Positions 1 to 8,751 of a stretch of 64,000 nt of DNA are shown here, piece after piece; position 1 is the stretch's first letter; every line of letters begins with the position of its first letter. The notes under the pieces are model-generated. The model saw only the letters and a program-made list of their open reading frames with translations. It did not search any database and was not told the DNA's origin. This stretch comes from Christensenella sp. UBA7862 (GTDB taxonomy: Bacteria > Bacillota > Clostridia > Christensenellales > UBA1242), in contig DLSM01000004.1 in assembly GCA_002500135.1 (NCBI GenBank), positions 25,796 through 89,795 on the forward strand, given 5' to 3'. The translations under genes were made by a program, and so were the position numbers.

Positions 1-1511
1 ATTTCTTGCAAGTCCTTTGGTTCAACTTCTTTATTGTCCCCCGAGTGGCTTATGCCAAATGTGTCAATAAAGTTGTAAAACGCTTGCATTTTTTCGCTAT
101 CTGGTTTTTCATGCACACGATAAACAAAAGGAATGTTCATTTTATCAAAAGTTTTTGCAACTGTTTCGTTCGCCACAACCATAAATGTTTCAATAATTTT
201 TGTAGATTTTGTGGCACGTCTTTTCACAATTTCAGTTGGTTTGCCGTTTTTGTCGCATATAACTTCCCCTTCTGGAAGGTCAAAGTCCAGCGAACCAAAT
301 CTTTTTCGCCTTGCGTCAAGAATGTTTGAAAGTTCCAACATTTCAAGAAGTGTTGGGGTTATGTCGGCAAGTCGTTTTTGTGTTGCTTTGTTCCCTTCAA
401 GCACTTCCAAAACTTCGTCATAATTCAGTCTATGTTTGCTCTTTATAACGCTTTCAAAAATCTCACTGTTTGTAACATTTCCGTCTTTGTCAATGGTCAT
501 ATAAACACTCATTGCAAGTCTTGCGACACCTTCGTTCAATGAGCAAATTCCGTTGGAAAGTTCCTTTGGTAGCATTGGAATAACATAGTCCAAAAAGTAG
601 ATACTTGTGCCACGAGTATAGGCTTCTTTGTCAAGGGTTGAGTCAAGCCTTACATATTCGCCTACGTCTGCAATATGAACGCCCAAAAGATAACTTCCGT
701 CTGGGTTTTTCTTAAGAGATACTGCGTCATCAAGGTCTTTTGCGTCTTTGCCGTCAATTGTGAACAACATCTCGTCCATAAGGTTTCGTCTTTGTGGATA
801 GTTTGCTGGGTCAATTTCTTGTGGCACTCGGCGAGCCGAGTCTATAACTTCTTGTGGGAAAACATCTCTCACTTTATATTGTCTTAAAAGCCACTTAACA
901 TCATTGCCTTTGTCGTTTAAGTTGCCGATAACTTCAGTAACTTTGCCCACAGGCACACCCGACTTTGTGGAAACAATGTCAACAACAACTTTATCCCCGT
1001 CTTTAGCCCCCATTGAACTAGCCATAGGCACTTTTATTTGCATATTATTTTTTTCAGGTTCAACATAGCCGTATCCCCTAAAAGCATTATACGTCCCCAC
1101 AATTCCAGTGCTATTGTGAAGCAACACTTTAACAACTTTTCCTTCTGGGTTTTTGCCTTGATATTCGCTTGAAATAAGTTTGACAAGCACAGTGTCGCCG
1201 TCAAACGCTTTCAAAAGATTTCTTTTTGCAACAAAAATATCCTTGCCTTCACCCGTTGAAACAAAGCCAAAGTTGCCGTTTGAAATGGAAAGTTTGCCTT
1301 TTTTAAGTCCCAAATTTTTGCTACTAGCATATTTGTGTTTTACAAACTCAAAAATATCCCCGTTTTCTTCCAGTTCCAAAAGGGCTTCAAGTGTTTTGTC
1401 ATAGTCGCTTTTTAGCATACGGCACAAAACTTCGGCAAGTTTGTTTATGCCTTTGTGATTGACAAATTTTTCGTCTAAAATTTCTAATATTTGTGATTTC
1501 AAGTCTTCCAT
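1..1511 (-). CDS. rnr: Ribonuclease R (RNB-family 3'-5' exoribonuclease); N-terminal ~503 codons, C-terminus lies beyond the window start
   Basis: Absent from the ORF track because the frame stays open to position 1. My own minus-strand translation from the ATG at 1511-1509 reads MEDLKSQILEILDEKFVNHKGINKLAEVLCRMLKSDYDKTLEAL. In the same frame, nt ~720-780 give MDEMLFTIDGKDAKDLDDAVS, the RNB catalytic D-x-DDA motif. Only short shadow ORFs occur on the plus strand here. Confidence 0.8.
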   Translation of the reverse strand, partial: MEDLKSQILEILDEKFVNHKGINKLAEVLCRMLKSDYDKTLEALLELEENGDIFEFVKHKYASSKNLGLKKGKLSISNGNFGFVSTGEGKDIFVAKRNLLKAFDGDTVLVKLISSEYQGKNPEGKVVKVLLHNSTGIVGTYNAFRGYGYVEPEKNNMQIKVPMASSMGAKDGDKVVVDIVSTKSGVPVGKVTEVIGNLNDKGNDVKWLLRQYKVRDVFPQEVIDSARRVPQEIDPANYPQRRNLMDEMLFTIDGKDAKDLDDAVSLKKNPDGSYLLGVHIADVGEYVRLDSTLDKEAYTRGTSIYFLDYVIPMLPKELSNGICSLNEGVARLAMSVYMTIDKDGNVTNSEIFESVIKSKHRLNYDEVLEVLEGNKATQKRLADITPTLLEMLELSNILDARRKRFGSLDFDLPEGEVICDKNGKPTEIVKRRATKSTKIIETFMVVANETVAKTFDKMNIPFVYRVHEKPDSEKMQAFYNFIDTFGISHSGDNKEVEPKDLQE

Positions 1512-1710
1512 AGTGTAAGTTTATAACTTTTTTGTCTTTGTTGTCAAACATCTACCCATTTTTTTGCAAAAAAAATATAAAAAAGCAACTATTTTCGCAA
1601 AAAAAATTGGTTATTCTTTGCAAAAAACGCCGTTGTAAGTCAAAAACAAGTAAATATTTGCCATATACAATCAATACAAAAAATTGTCGCATTTACAAAA
1701 GTCAACTCAC

Positions 1711-1742
1711 AAAAAAAGAAAAACCCGAGAAAATAGCTCGAG
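1711..1742 (-). terminator. Rho-independent terminator after the 169-aa membrane protein gene
   Basis: Minus strand reads CTCGAG-ctatttt-CTCGGG followed by TTTTTCTTTTTTT. It starts ~55 nt after the stop at 1797. Confidence 0.5.
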
Positions 1743-1796
1743 TTTTTATCTTTTTGGGAGATAATCCAAAGTATAATTTTGGACATCAATTCAAGA

Positions 1797-2306
1797 TTAC
1801 TTTTTCTTGAAATATGGAAGCACCGCGCATGTGCTTGCAGCGGCTCCGCCAATGAAAGCCAACCAGAAGCCAACAGCACCCCAAACCTTGATTGTATAAA
1901 CAGATTCGCCAACAGTTTGAACTGTTCTGTTTGCACTGCCAAAGCCAATCATTCCGCCAGCAAGGACGATTGTTGCAACAACAGCAACAAGTCCAGCGAT
2001 AACGCCAACGAGATTGACCCAATCTGGGGTCTTTTTGCCCAGAGATGAATAGATCATAACAAGTCCTGCAACAAGAAGTGCCACTGCAAGAACAATGAGT
2101 GCAATCTTGCTGATTGTGAGCCATGCTACGCCTTCTGCCTCAAGCAAATCTCCATTGAAAATGCTATATGTTTGAGATTCAGAAATAGTTTCTCCCAATG
2201 TAGTTGCCTTCATAGAGAGTTTGATATATGGCACAAACATTGCAATGACAACAGCAACAAGTGCTGCAAGTGTTACGCATCCAAAAATCAACTTTTTGTT
2301 TTTCAC
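1797..2306 (-). CDS. Hypothetical polytopic membrane protein (169 aa)
   Basis: ORF-track translation has 4-5 hydrophobic spans (LIFGCVTLAALVAVVIAMF, IALIVLAVALLVAGLVMIY, VGVIAGLVAVVATIVLAGG, GAVGFWLAFIGGAAA). I recognise no family motif. Confidence 0.6.
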   Translation of the reverse strand: MKNKKLIFGCVTLAALVAVVIAMFVPYIKLSMKATTLGETISESQTYSIFNGDLLEAEGVAWLTISKIALIVLAVALLVAGLVMIYSSLGKKTPDWVNLVGVIAGLVAVVATIVLAGGMIGFGSANRTVQTVGESVYTIKVWGAVGFWLAFIGGAAASTCAVLPYFKKK

Positions 2307-2664
2307 TTGGTTTCCCTCCTTTTATATATTCTACGACACATTATAACATTTTAAAACCTTTTCTCCAATTTTTTTACATAAGTTTTTCAATTTTTTTTAT
2401 TTTTTTTGGGGAAAATTTGTTTTTAAGCGAAAATGACAAGCCTTTTGGGTCACAAAAACAAAAGATAATATACTTTTTGCTATAAGTAGTATATTATCCT
2501 CAAAATTTATGGCACTCAAATTTTATTTTTTGAAAAAGTCATGATAAAATATTATTGTGAGTTTGTTTGCATGTGAATTTATGATTGTTTTACTAACAAT
2601 TTAAAGTTTTCACTTTTCAGTTGCCATAATTATTACTAATTAAATTTAATTTCAAAAAGGACAT

Positions 2665-2688
2665 AAAAAAGATTCCCTTGCGAGAACC
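2665..2688 (-). terminator. Rho-independent terminator after secG
   Basis: Minus strand reads GGTTCTC-GCAA-GGGAATC (with G:U pairs) followed by TTTTTT. It starts 10 nt after the secG stop. Confidence 0.45.
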
Positions 2689-2697
2689 TTTGTAATT

Positions 2698-3006
2698 TTA
2701 GCCCCAAATGCTTCCTGCATATATTTTTGCAAGAATGAGATATGCGACAACAAGCACTGCAATAGTTATTGACAAAATGGTTGTTGCTCTTTTAAGTCTT
2801 GCATCTCTGCCCATTCCCTTATTTTTGGAATAGTAAGTGTCCTTTATGCCAGTGATTGAATTGGTTGTGTTGCCACCTTCACTGTCTTGGAACAAAATCA
2901 AAACTGTTATTGCAAGTGAAATGACAAGAATTGCCAAAAGAATAACAAATTTGATAATTGGGAACGAGTTTGCAACCCAGTTTGGAACTGCGAGAAGATA
3001 ATTCAT
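2698..3006 (-). CDS. secG: Preprotein translocase subunit SecG
   Basis: Two transmembrane segments flank LILFQDSEGGN and a basic loop (GMGRDARLKRATTIL), the SecG pattern seen in B. subtilis (LLQSSKSAG...RGLD..L.R.T). AAGGAG lies 6 nt upstream of the ATG. Location next to the glycolytic cluster is typical for Firmicutes. Confidence 0.7.
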   Translation of the reverse strand: MNYLLAVPNWVANSFPIIKFVILLAILVISLAITVLILFQDSEGGNTTNSITGIKDTYYSKNKGMGRDARLKRATTILSITIAVLVVAYLILAKIYAGSIWG

Positions 3007-3083
3007 AATAACTCCTTAAATTGATTAACATTTTGTATTTTATCACAAATAAATTTTAATTGCAACAAAATCTTGCCACTTAA

Positions 3084-3287
3084 CTACATCAAAATTGCGA
3101 GAACCGCAAACGACATTGAACAGCCCGTAAGGTATTTTAATGTAAGTTTTGTTTTTTTGCCGTCATCGTGCAAAAGTTTGTGGAGAAAGTAAAACATAAA
3201 CAATGCAAAAATGCTTGTAACTGATGAACGCAAATCGTAAAAGAAATTTAGTCTGATAAATACAAGTATTTGTGAAAGAATTTCCAT
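3084..3287 (-). CDS. Small hypothetical membrane protein (67 aa)
   Basis: A strong AGGAGG sits 8 nt upstream of the ATG. The ends are hydrophobic. No recognisable family. Confidence 0.4.
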   Translation of the reverse strand: MEILSQILVFIRLNFFYDLRSSVTSIFALFMFYFLHKLLHDDGKKTKLTLKYLTGCSMSFAVLAILM

Positions 3288-3365
3288 AACATTCCCCTCC
3301 TTTTTATCTTACGGGGATATTATATAATACTTCTCTACAAATTTCAATAGCCAATTTGCACAACT

Positions 3366-4130
3366 TTATTTTTTCAAATTACTAAAAATCGACACAATTT
3401 TGCCAAATTTTTCTGGAACAAGTGACGCTCCGCCCACCAAAACACCGTCAACGCCAGAAATTTTTGAAATTTCCTTTGCATTGCTATCTGTGACGCTGCC
3501 GCCATATAAAATGGAAACACTGTTTGCAATTTCTTCGTCATAAATGTTTGCAAGCACTTTTCTTATGTGCTTCATTGCGTCTTCAATGTCAATAGGTTCC
3601 AAAATTGACCCGCTGCCTATTGCCCAAATTGGTTCATATGCAATGACAATATTTTTAAGTTCGTTTGCATAAAGTCCCGCCAAGCAATCTGCAATTTGAC
3701 TTTGCAACACTTGGTCAACAAGATTATTTTTTCTGTCATACAAAGTTTCGCCAATGCAAAGCACACAAACAAGCCCACTTTTTAGGGCTTTTAAGACCTT
3801 TTTGTTTGCCACATCGTTTGTTTCGCCAAAAAAGTTACGTCTTTCACTATGTCCCACAATGCACGCACCTGCCCCAACGCCAGCAAGCATTTCAGCATTA
3901 ACTTCGCCAGTGTATGCCCCAAAGTTATTTTCGTTCAAATTCTGCCCAGCAATAACAACTTTTGAGTCTTTTGCCCTCTCCACTGCAGTTTTTATGGAAA
4001 CATTTGGAACAGCCAACATAACTTCACATTTTGCCCCCACGACAAGTGGAAGAATTGTGGACATATATCCGTCAACTTCACTATCTATTTTGTTCATTTT
4101 AAAATTTGCAATAACATATTTTTTTCTCAT
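3366..4130 (-). CDS. tpiA: Triosephosphate isomerase
   Basis: MRKKYVIANFKMN..., active-site stretches IVGHSERR and AYEPIWAIGSG, and C-terminal GGASL. Confidence 0.95.
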   Translation of the reverse strand: MRKKYVIANFKMNKIDSEVDGYMSTILPLVVGAKCEVMLAVPNVSIKTAVERAKDSKVVIAGQNLNENNFGAYTGEVNAEMLAGVGAGACIVGHSERRNFFGETNDVANKKVLKALKSGLVCVLCIGETLYDRKNNLVDQVLQSQIADCLAGLYANELKNIVIAYEPIWAIGSGSILEPIDIEDAMKHIRKVLANIYDEEIANSVSILYGGSVTDSNAKEISKISGVDGVLVGGASLVPEKFGKIVSIFSNLKK

Positions 4131-4159
4131 TTTTTGCTCCTTTTATTTGTCAAAACCTT

Positions 4160-5710
4160 TTATTTTTCAAAAAGCACATGCCCAGTCATTTCTTTTGGAA
4201 TAGCAATATTCATCATTTTAAGAATTGTTGGGGCAATGTCTGCAAGAGTGCCGTCTTTTCTAAGTTTTTCCCCTACATAATCTTCGCCAAACAATATAAG
4301 AGGCACAATGGAAGTGGTGTGAGAAGTGTTTGGAGTTCCGTCTTTCTCTTCCATAATATCTGCGTTTCCGTGGTCAGCGGTGACAATTCCGCACCCACCA
4401 AGAGATAATGCTTTGTCCACAACTTTCTTTACGCATTTGTCAACAATGTCAACAGCAATTCTTGTTGCCGTTTTGTCACCCGAATGCCCCACCATGTCGC
4501 AGTTTGCGAAGTTGATTGCAACAAATTTATATTTGTCCAAAATTTCAAGTGCTTTGCTTGCAATTCGCTCTGCACCCATTTCTGGGCATTTTGCATAACT
4601 CGCCATTTTCTTAGAGTCAATCAAAAATCTATCTTCCCCTTCATATGGGTCTTGCTTTCCAGAATTGAAGAAAAATGTTAAATGTGCATATTTTTCCGTT
4701 TCGGCAATTTTTGCTTGTTTTACACCGTTTCTGCTTAAGACTTCTGACAAAATATTCTTATGAACTTCCGTCCCATATGCAACATGGACTTTTGAAAAAT
4801 GCTCGTCATATTCTGTCATTGTAACAACATATAAGTCAAGCGGTTTAACAAAATTTAAGTCATTATCTTCCGCCAAAATATATGCCAGTTGTCTTTCCCT
4901 ATCTGCCCTGAAATTATATGAAAACACAACATCGCCCTTTTCAATTTTTGCAATAGGTTTCCCTTGTTCCGTCATACAAATTGGGGTTAAGAATTCATCT
5001 GTTTCGCCCGAAGCATATGCAGCGTCTATAGCCTTATTTATGTTATCAAATTGCTTTCCCTTTCCCATTGTCCAAAGTTCATAGGCAAGTTTGTTTCTGT
5101 CCCAGTTTTTATCTCTGTCAAGAGCATAAAATCTGCCGACTACTGTTGCAATTTTCCCAACGCCCAGTTCTTTTGACTTTTTTTCCACCATGCGAATGTA
5201 TTTTTTTGCACTTTTTGGTGGGGTATCTCTGCCGTCACCAACAAAATGCACAAACACATTGTCCGCTTTTTGCTCTTTGCAAAGTTCAAGCAAGGCAAAA
5301 AGGTGATTTATATGCGAGTGAATTCCGCCGTCACTTGGTATGCCGATGAGGTGAATTTTCTTATTGTTTTTCTTTGCATAATTTATGGCTTTTAGGAACT
5401 CTTTATTTTTGTAAAAATTACCCGTTTCAATTTCCTTGTTTATTCTGACAAGTGGTTGATAAGTTACACGCCCACTTCCAATGGTCATATGTCCCACTTC
5501 ACTTGTTCCCGCTTGCCCTTTTGGAAGTCCAACATATTCTTCGCTCGCTCTAATCTTTGTATTTGGAAATTTGGCACATAATTCTTGAATATTTCGGGTA
5601 TTTTCTGCAGTTATACCGCTGCGACTAATATCTTTTGGAACTCCAAACCCGTCCATAACAATAAGGACAGTTGGCTTGTTTTGCATTTTGGAATTATCCG
5701 TTTTTGCCAT
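4160..5710 (-). CDS. gpmI: 2,3-bisphosphoglycerate-independent phosphoglycerate mutase
   Basis: PTVLIVMDGFG..., GTSEVGHMTIGSGR (catalytic Ser region), GGIHSH and ADHGNA motifs. 516 aa. Confidence 0.95.
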   Translation of the reverse strand: MAKTDNSKMQNKPTVLIVMDGFGVPKDISRSGITAENTRNIQELCAKFPNTKIRASEEYVGLPKGQAGTSEVGHMTIGSGRVTYQPLVRINKEIETGNFYKNKEFLKAINYAKKNNKKIHLIGIPSDGGIHSHINHLFALLELCKEQKADNVFVHFVGDGRDTPPKSAKKYIRMVEKKSKELGVGKIATVVGRFYALDRDKNWDRNKLAYELWTMGKGKQFDNINKAIDAAYASGETDEFLTPICMTEQGKPIAKIEKGDVVFSYNFRADRERQLAYILAEDNDLNFVKPLDLYVVTMTEYDEHFSKVHVAYGTEVHKNILSEVLSRNGVKQAKIAETEKYAHLTFFFNSGKQDPYEGEDRFLIDSKKMASYAKCPEMGAERIASKALEILDKYKFVAINFANCDMVGHSGDKTATRIAVDIVDKCVKKVVDKALSLGGCGIVTADHGNADIMEEKDGTPNTSHTTSIVPLILFGEDYVGEKLRKDGTLADIAPTILKMMNIAIPKEMTGHVLFEK

Positions 5711-7237
5711 TTATTCTCCCTTATTGTTGCTCTTTATCATTTGAGCAGTCTTTCTTGGCTTTTGTGCAACTCTCGCAATTTTTGCGTCTTTAGTCTTTGC
5801 AGCAACTGTCTTTTTGGCTGCCACAGTTTTGCCACTTTTCACGCTCGCCTTAACGGTCTTTTCTGTTTTCTTCGCTGGTTTTGCGGCGGTCTTTTTAGTT
5901 GTTACTTTCTTTTCTGTCTTTTTTGTATCTTTCTTTACAGCCACTTTCTTTGTTTCAGACTTCTTCTCTACTGATGCCTTTTTTACATCAGATTTATTTT
6001 CAGTTGATTTTGTGGCAGTTTTTGAAGTCTTTGTTTTTGGTACTTCAACTTTAACTTCGTCTTCAACATTTTGAATCGCCTCAATGCCAGGAAGCACTCC
6101 CCCTTCAAGCAATTTCAAACTTGCTCCACCGCCAGTTGAAAGATGATTGATTTCTTTTGAATAACCAGTTTTCACGACTGCTGCAGCACTATCGCCGCCA
6201 CCAACAAATGTAAATGCCTTTGTTTTTGCAACATATTTTGCAATTTTGTTTGTGCCATGAGCATATTGTTCCTTTTCAAAAACGCCCATTGGTCCATTCC
6301 ACACAACAGTCCCCGCACGTTTGATATATTTTTTGAAAAGTCTAATGGTCTTTGGTCCAATGTCAAGTCCCATATAGTTTTCTGGGATTTTGTCCGAAGC
6401 GAATTTCTTTGGCTTGCTTGCGCTATCAATGCTTGTATTGCAAATATTATCTTTTGGAAGAACAATTTTATCCCCCGCTTTTTCAAGTAACGACTTTGCA
6501 AGTTCAATTTTGCTTTCGTCAACAAGCGAGCAACCAACACTGCCGCCCTTTGCTTTAACAAAAGTATATGCCATGCCCCCGCCAATCAAAATGTAGTCTG
6601 CACGTGGAAGCAAATTTTCGATAACTGGAATTTTGTCTTCAATCTTTGCCCCGCCAAGAACAGCAACCAGTGGTCTATCAGGGTTGGACAAAATTTTGCC
6701 AATGACTTTAAGTTCTTTGCCAATTAAAAATCCGACTGCACTTGGAAGGAAACTTGCCACACCATAAGTTGAAGCATGTTTTCTGTGCGAAGTGCCAAAG
6801 GCGTCAAAAACAAAAATGTCTGCAAGGCTTGCAAGTTCTTTTGCAAAAGTCTTGTCATTTTCTTCTTCCCTTTTGTCAAATCTCAAATTTTCAAGCACAA
6901 CAACATCGCCGTTTTCCATTTCGGAAGTAAGTTTCTTTGCTTCCTTTCCCACTGTGTCATGAGAAAAGGTCACTTTATTTTTAATAAGTTTTCCAAGTTT
7001 GTCCGCAACAGGTTCTAAGGAATAATCTAGGTTAACTTTTCCGTCAGGTCTTCCAAGGTGCGAGCAAATGATAACTTTTGCCCCATGTTCACAGAGGTAG
7101 TTAATCGTCCCCAAACTTTCCATAATTCTTGTGCAGTCTGTAATTTCGTGTGTTTCTGTGTTGATTGGCACATTAAGGTCCAACCTCAAAAGCACCTTCT
7201 TTCCTTCAAGTTCCAAATCTTTAATTGTCTTTTTCAT
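5711..7237 (-). CDS. pgk: Phosphoglycerate kinase with a 118-aa lysine-rich C-terminal extension
   Basis: KKVLLRLDLNVP, CSHLGRP, FDAFGTSHR and STGGGASLKLLEG motifs. The canonical protein ends near ...PGIEAIQN (about residue 390). The ORF then continues in frame for 118 aa of K/T/A-rich sequence. Its stop codon abuts the gpmI start. Confidence 0.95.
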   Translation of the reverse strand: MKKTIKDLELEGKKVLLRLDLNVPINTETHEITDCTRIMESLGTINYLCEHGAKVIICSHLGRPDGKVNLDYSLEPVADKLGKLIKNKVTFSHDTVGKEAKKLTSEMENGDVVVLENLRFDKREEENDKTFAKELASLADIFVFDAFGTSHRKHASTYGVASFLPSAVGFLIGKELKVIGKILSNPDRPLVAVLGGAKIEDKIPVIENLLPRADYILIGGGMAYTFVKAKGGSVGCSLVDESKIELAKSLLEKAGDKIVLPKDNICNTSIDSASKPKKFASDKIPENYMGLDIGPKTIRLFKKYIKRAGTVVWNGPMGVFEKEQYAHGTNKIAKYVAKTKAFTFVGGGDSAAAVVKTGYSKEINHLSTGGGASLKLLEGGVLPGIEAIQNVEDEVKVEVPKTKTSKTATKSTENKSDVKKASVEKKSETKKVAVKKDTKKTEKKVTTKKTAAKPAKKTEKTVKASVKSGKTVAAKKTVAAKTKDAKIARVAQKPRKTAQMIKSNNKGE

Positions 7238-7465
7238 TTAAAATTCCTCTTTTTATCTTTTTTCAAATATTTACCGAAAATTTACGAAAATCATCATTTT
7301 ATTGCTTAAAAATCATTTTTTCCCGTCTAAAAAGCATACTTTCTTGCAAATAAACCTCAGAAATTCATTAAAATCACTTTATTTTAGCAATTTTTGAAGC
7401 ATTTGTGAACAAAATTGAGCATAAAACTGGAAAAATAACAAAATTTCCTATCAATTTTTAGATAT

Positions 7466-8383
7466 TTATTCATCAAACAGAATTTTCTCGAGTTCTTCTG
7501 CGGTTCTCGAAAGTGCAATTTTCTTTCGTTTTTCCACCGCACCCATGCCGTCAACATAAGAAAAAGCGTGTCGCTTGAAGTTTTTAACAATATAGTTGTC
7601 ATCAAAATATTTTCTGATAATTTCAATATGTTCTCTAGATGAGTCCAGTCCAACAAATGGTGGCTCAATTCCACAACATTTAGAAAAGAGTTCTGGATGT
7701 CCAACAGCCCCACGCCCAATCATCACAGCGTCACAGCCCGTTTGCTTCATTTTCAAATAGTCGTCATAATTTCGGACATCACCATTTCCAATAACGGGAA
7801 TTTTAACCGCTCTTTTGACCTTTGCGATGTCTTCAACATCAATTTTCCCACTGTAACCTTGATAAGTTGTTCTTGGGTGGACAGTTATTGCACTTGCACC
7901 CGCTTCTTCACACATTTTAGCAAACTGCACCAATATGTCATCATGTTCGCCAAAGCCCTTTCGAAATTTCACCATAACAGGCTTACCCGAAAACTTGACA
8001 CAAGTTTCAATAATTTCTCTTGCCAAATCAATATTTTTAAGCAATGCACTTCCGTCCCCGTTTTTCCAAATTTTTGGCGCCGGACAACCCATGTTTAAGT
8101 CAATGATGTCAAACTTATCCAAAATTCCCATTTTAAAAACTTCTTCAAACACCCTAGGTTCATGCCCAAAAAGTTGCACAACACTAGGCTTTTCAAGCGG
8201 AGAAATTTCTAGCATTTTCTGTGAATTTTTACTGTTGTAGTATAAGCCCTTAACACTTATCATCTCTGTAGGTGTCAGTCCTGCTCCGAACTTGCGACAG
8301 AGTTCCCTAAACGCCACATCACTTACACCCGCCATAGGGGCTAAAAAAACATCACTTTTTGTTTCAAATTTTCCTATTTTCAT
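7466..8383 (-). CDS. dus: tRNA-dihydrouridine synthase
   Basis: LAPMAGVSDVAFRELC, IDLNMGCP (catalytic Cys) and ITVHPRT motifs. 305 aa. Confidence 0.9.
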   Translation of the reverse strand: MKIGKFETKSDVFLAPMAGVSDVAFRELCRKFGAGLTPTEMISVKGLYYNSKNSQKMLEISPLEKPSVVQLFGHEPRVFEEVFKMGILDKFDIIDLNMGCPAPKIWKNGDGSALLKNIDLAREIIETCVKFSGKPVMVKFRKGFGEHDDILVQFAKMCEEAGASAITVHPRTTYQGYSGKIDVEDIAKVKRAVKIPVIGNGDVRNYDDYLKMKQTGCDAVMIGRGAVGHPELFSKCCGIEPPFVGLDSSREHIEIIRKYFDDNYIVKNFKRHAFSYVDGMGAVEKRKKIALSRTAEELEKILFDE

Positions 8384-8751
8384 ATTGATATTTTATCACA
8401 TATAACAAAAATCTTAAAACATTTCGCAACACAATTTTAGACTTTTTAAACACAATTTTTGATAAAAAAACAACTAAACTTCAGTATAATTTTTCGTCCT
8501 ATCTTACGCACTATTCCTATTACACCCCACAATCAAATTTCTGTTAGCAGTTTAAAATTATTTATAGTTCAAAGAAAGCCACAAGACATACAATATTTCA
8601 CGCTTTTCGCTGATAATGCGACAATTAGCAAATATAGCAATTTCATTTTATTTTACAAATATTTCCTATCTTTCGCTTATAATGCGTGTTATAGCAATTA
8701 TGCCTTTTAACTTCTGCGATACAAATTTTAACAATTAAATTGTTTTCGTAG

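Noticed and set aside
6-1404. Several 60-107-aa plus-strand ORFs in the first 1.5 kb.
   Set aside because: They lie antisense to a continuous minus-strand frame that reads as RNase R from its ATG at 1511 to the window edge. They are low-complexity shadow ORFs without SD sequences.
5814-6074. 86-aa plus-strand ORF (F/V/S-rich) opposite the pgk tail.
   Set aside because: It is the mirror image of the lysine-rich AAA/AAG codon run, reading TTT/CTT on the other strand. It is not an independent gene.
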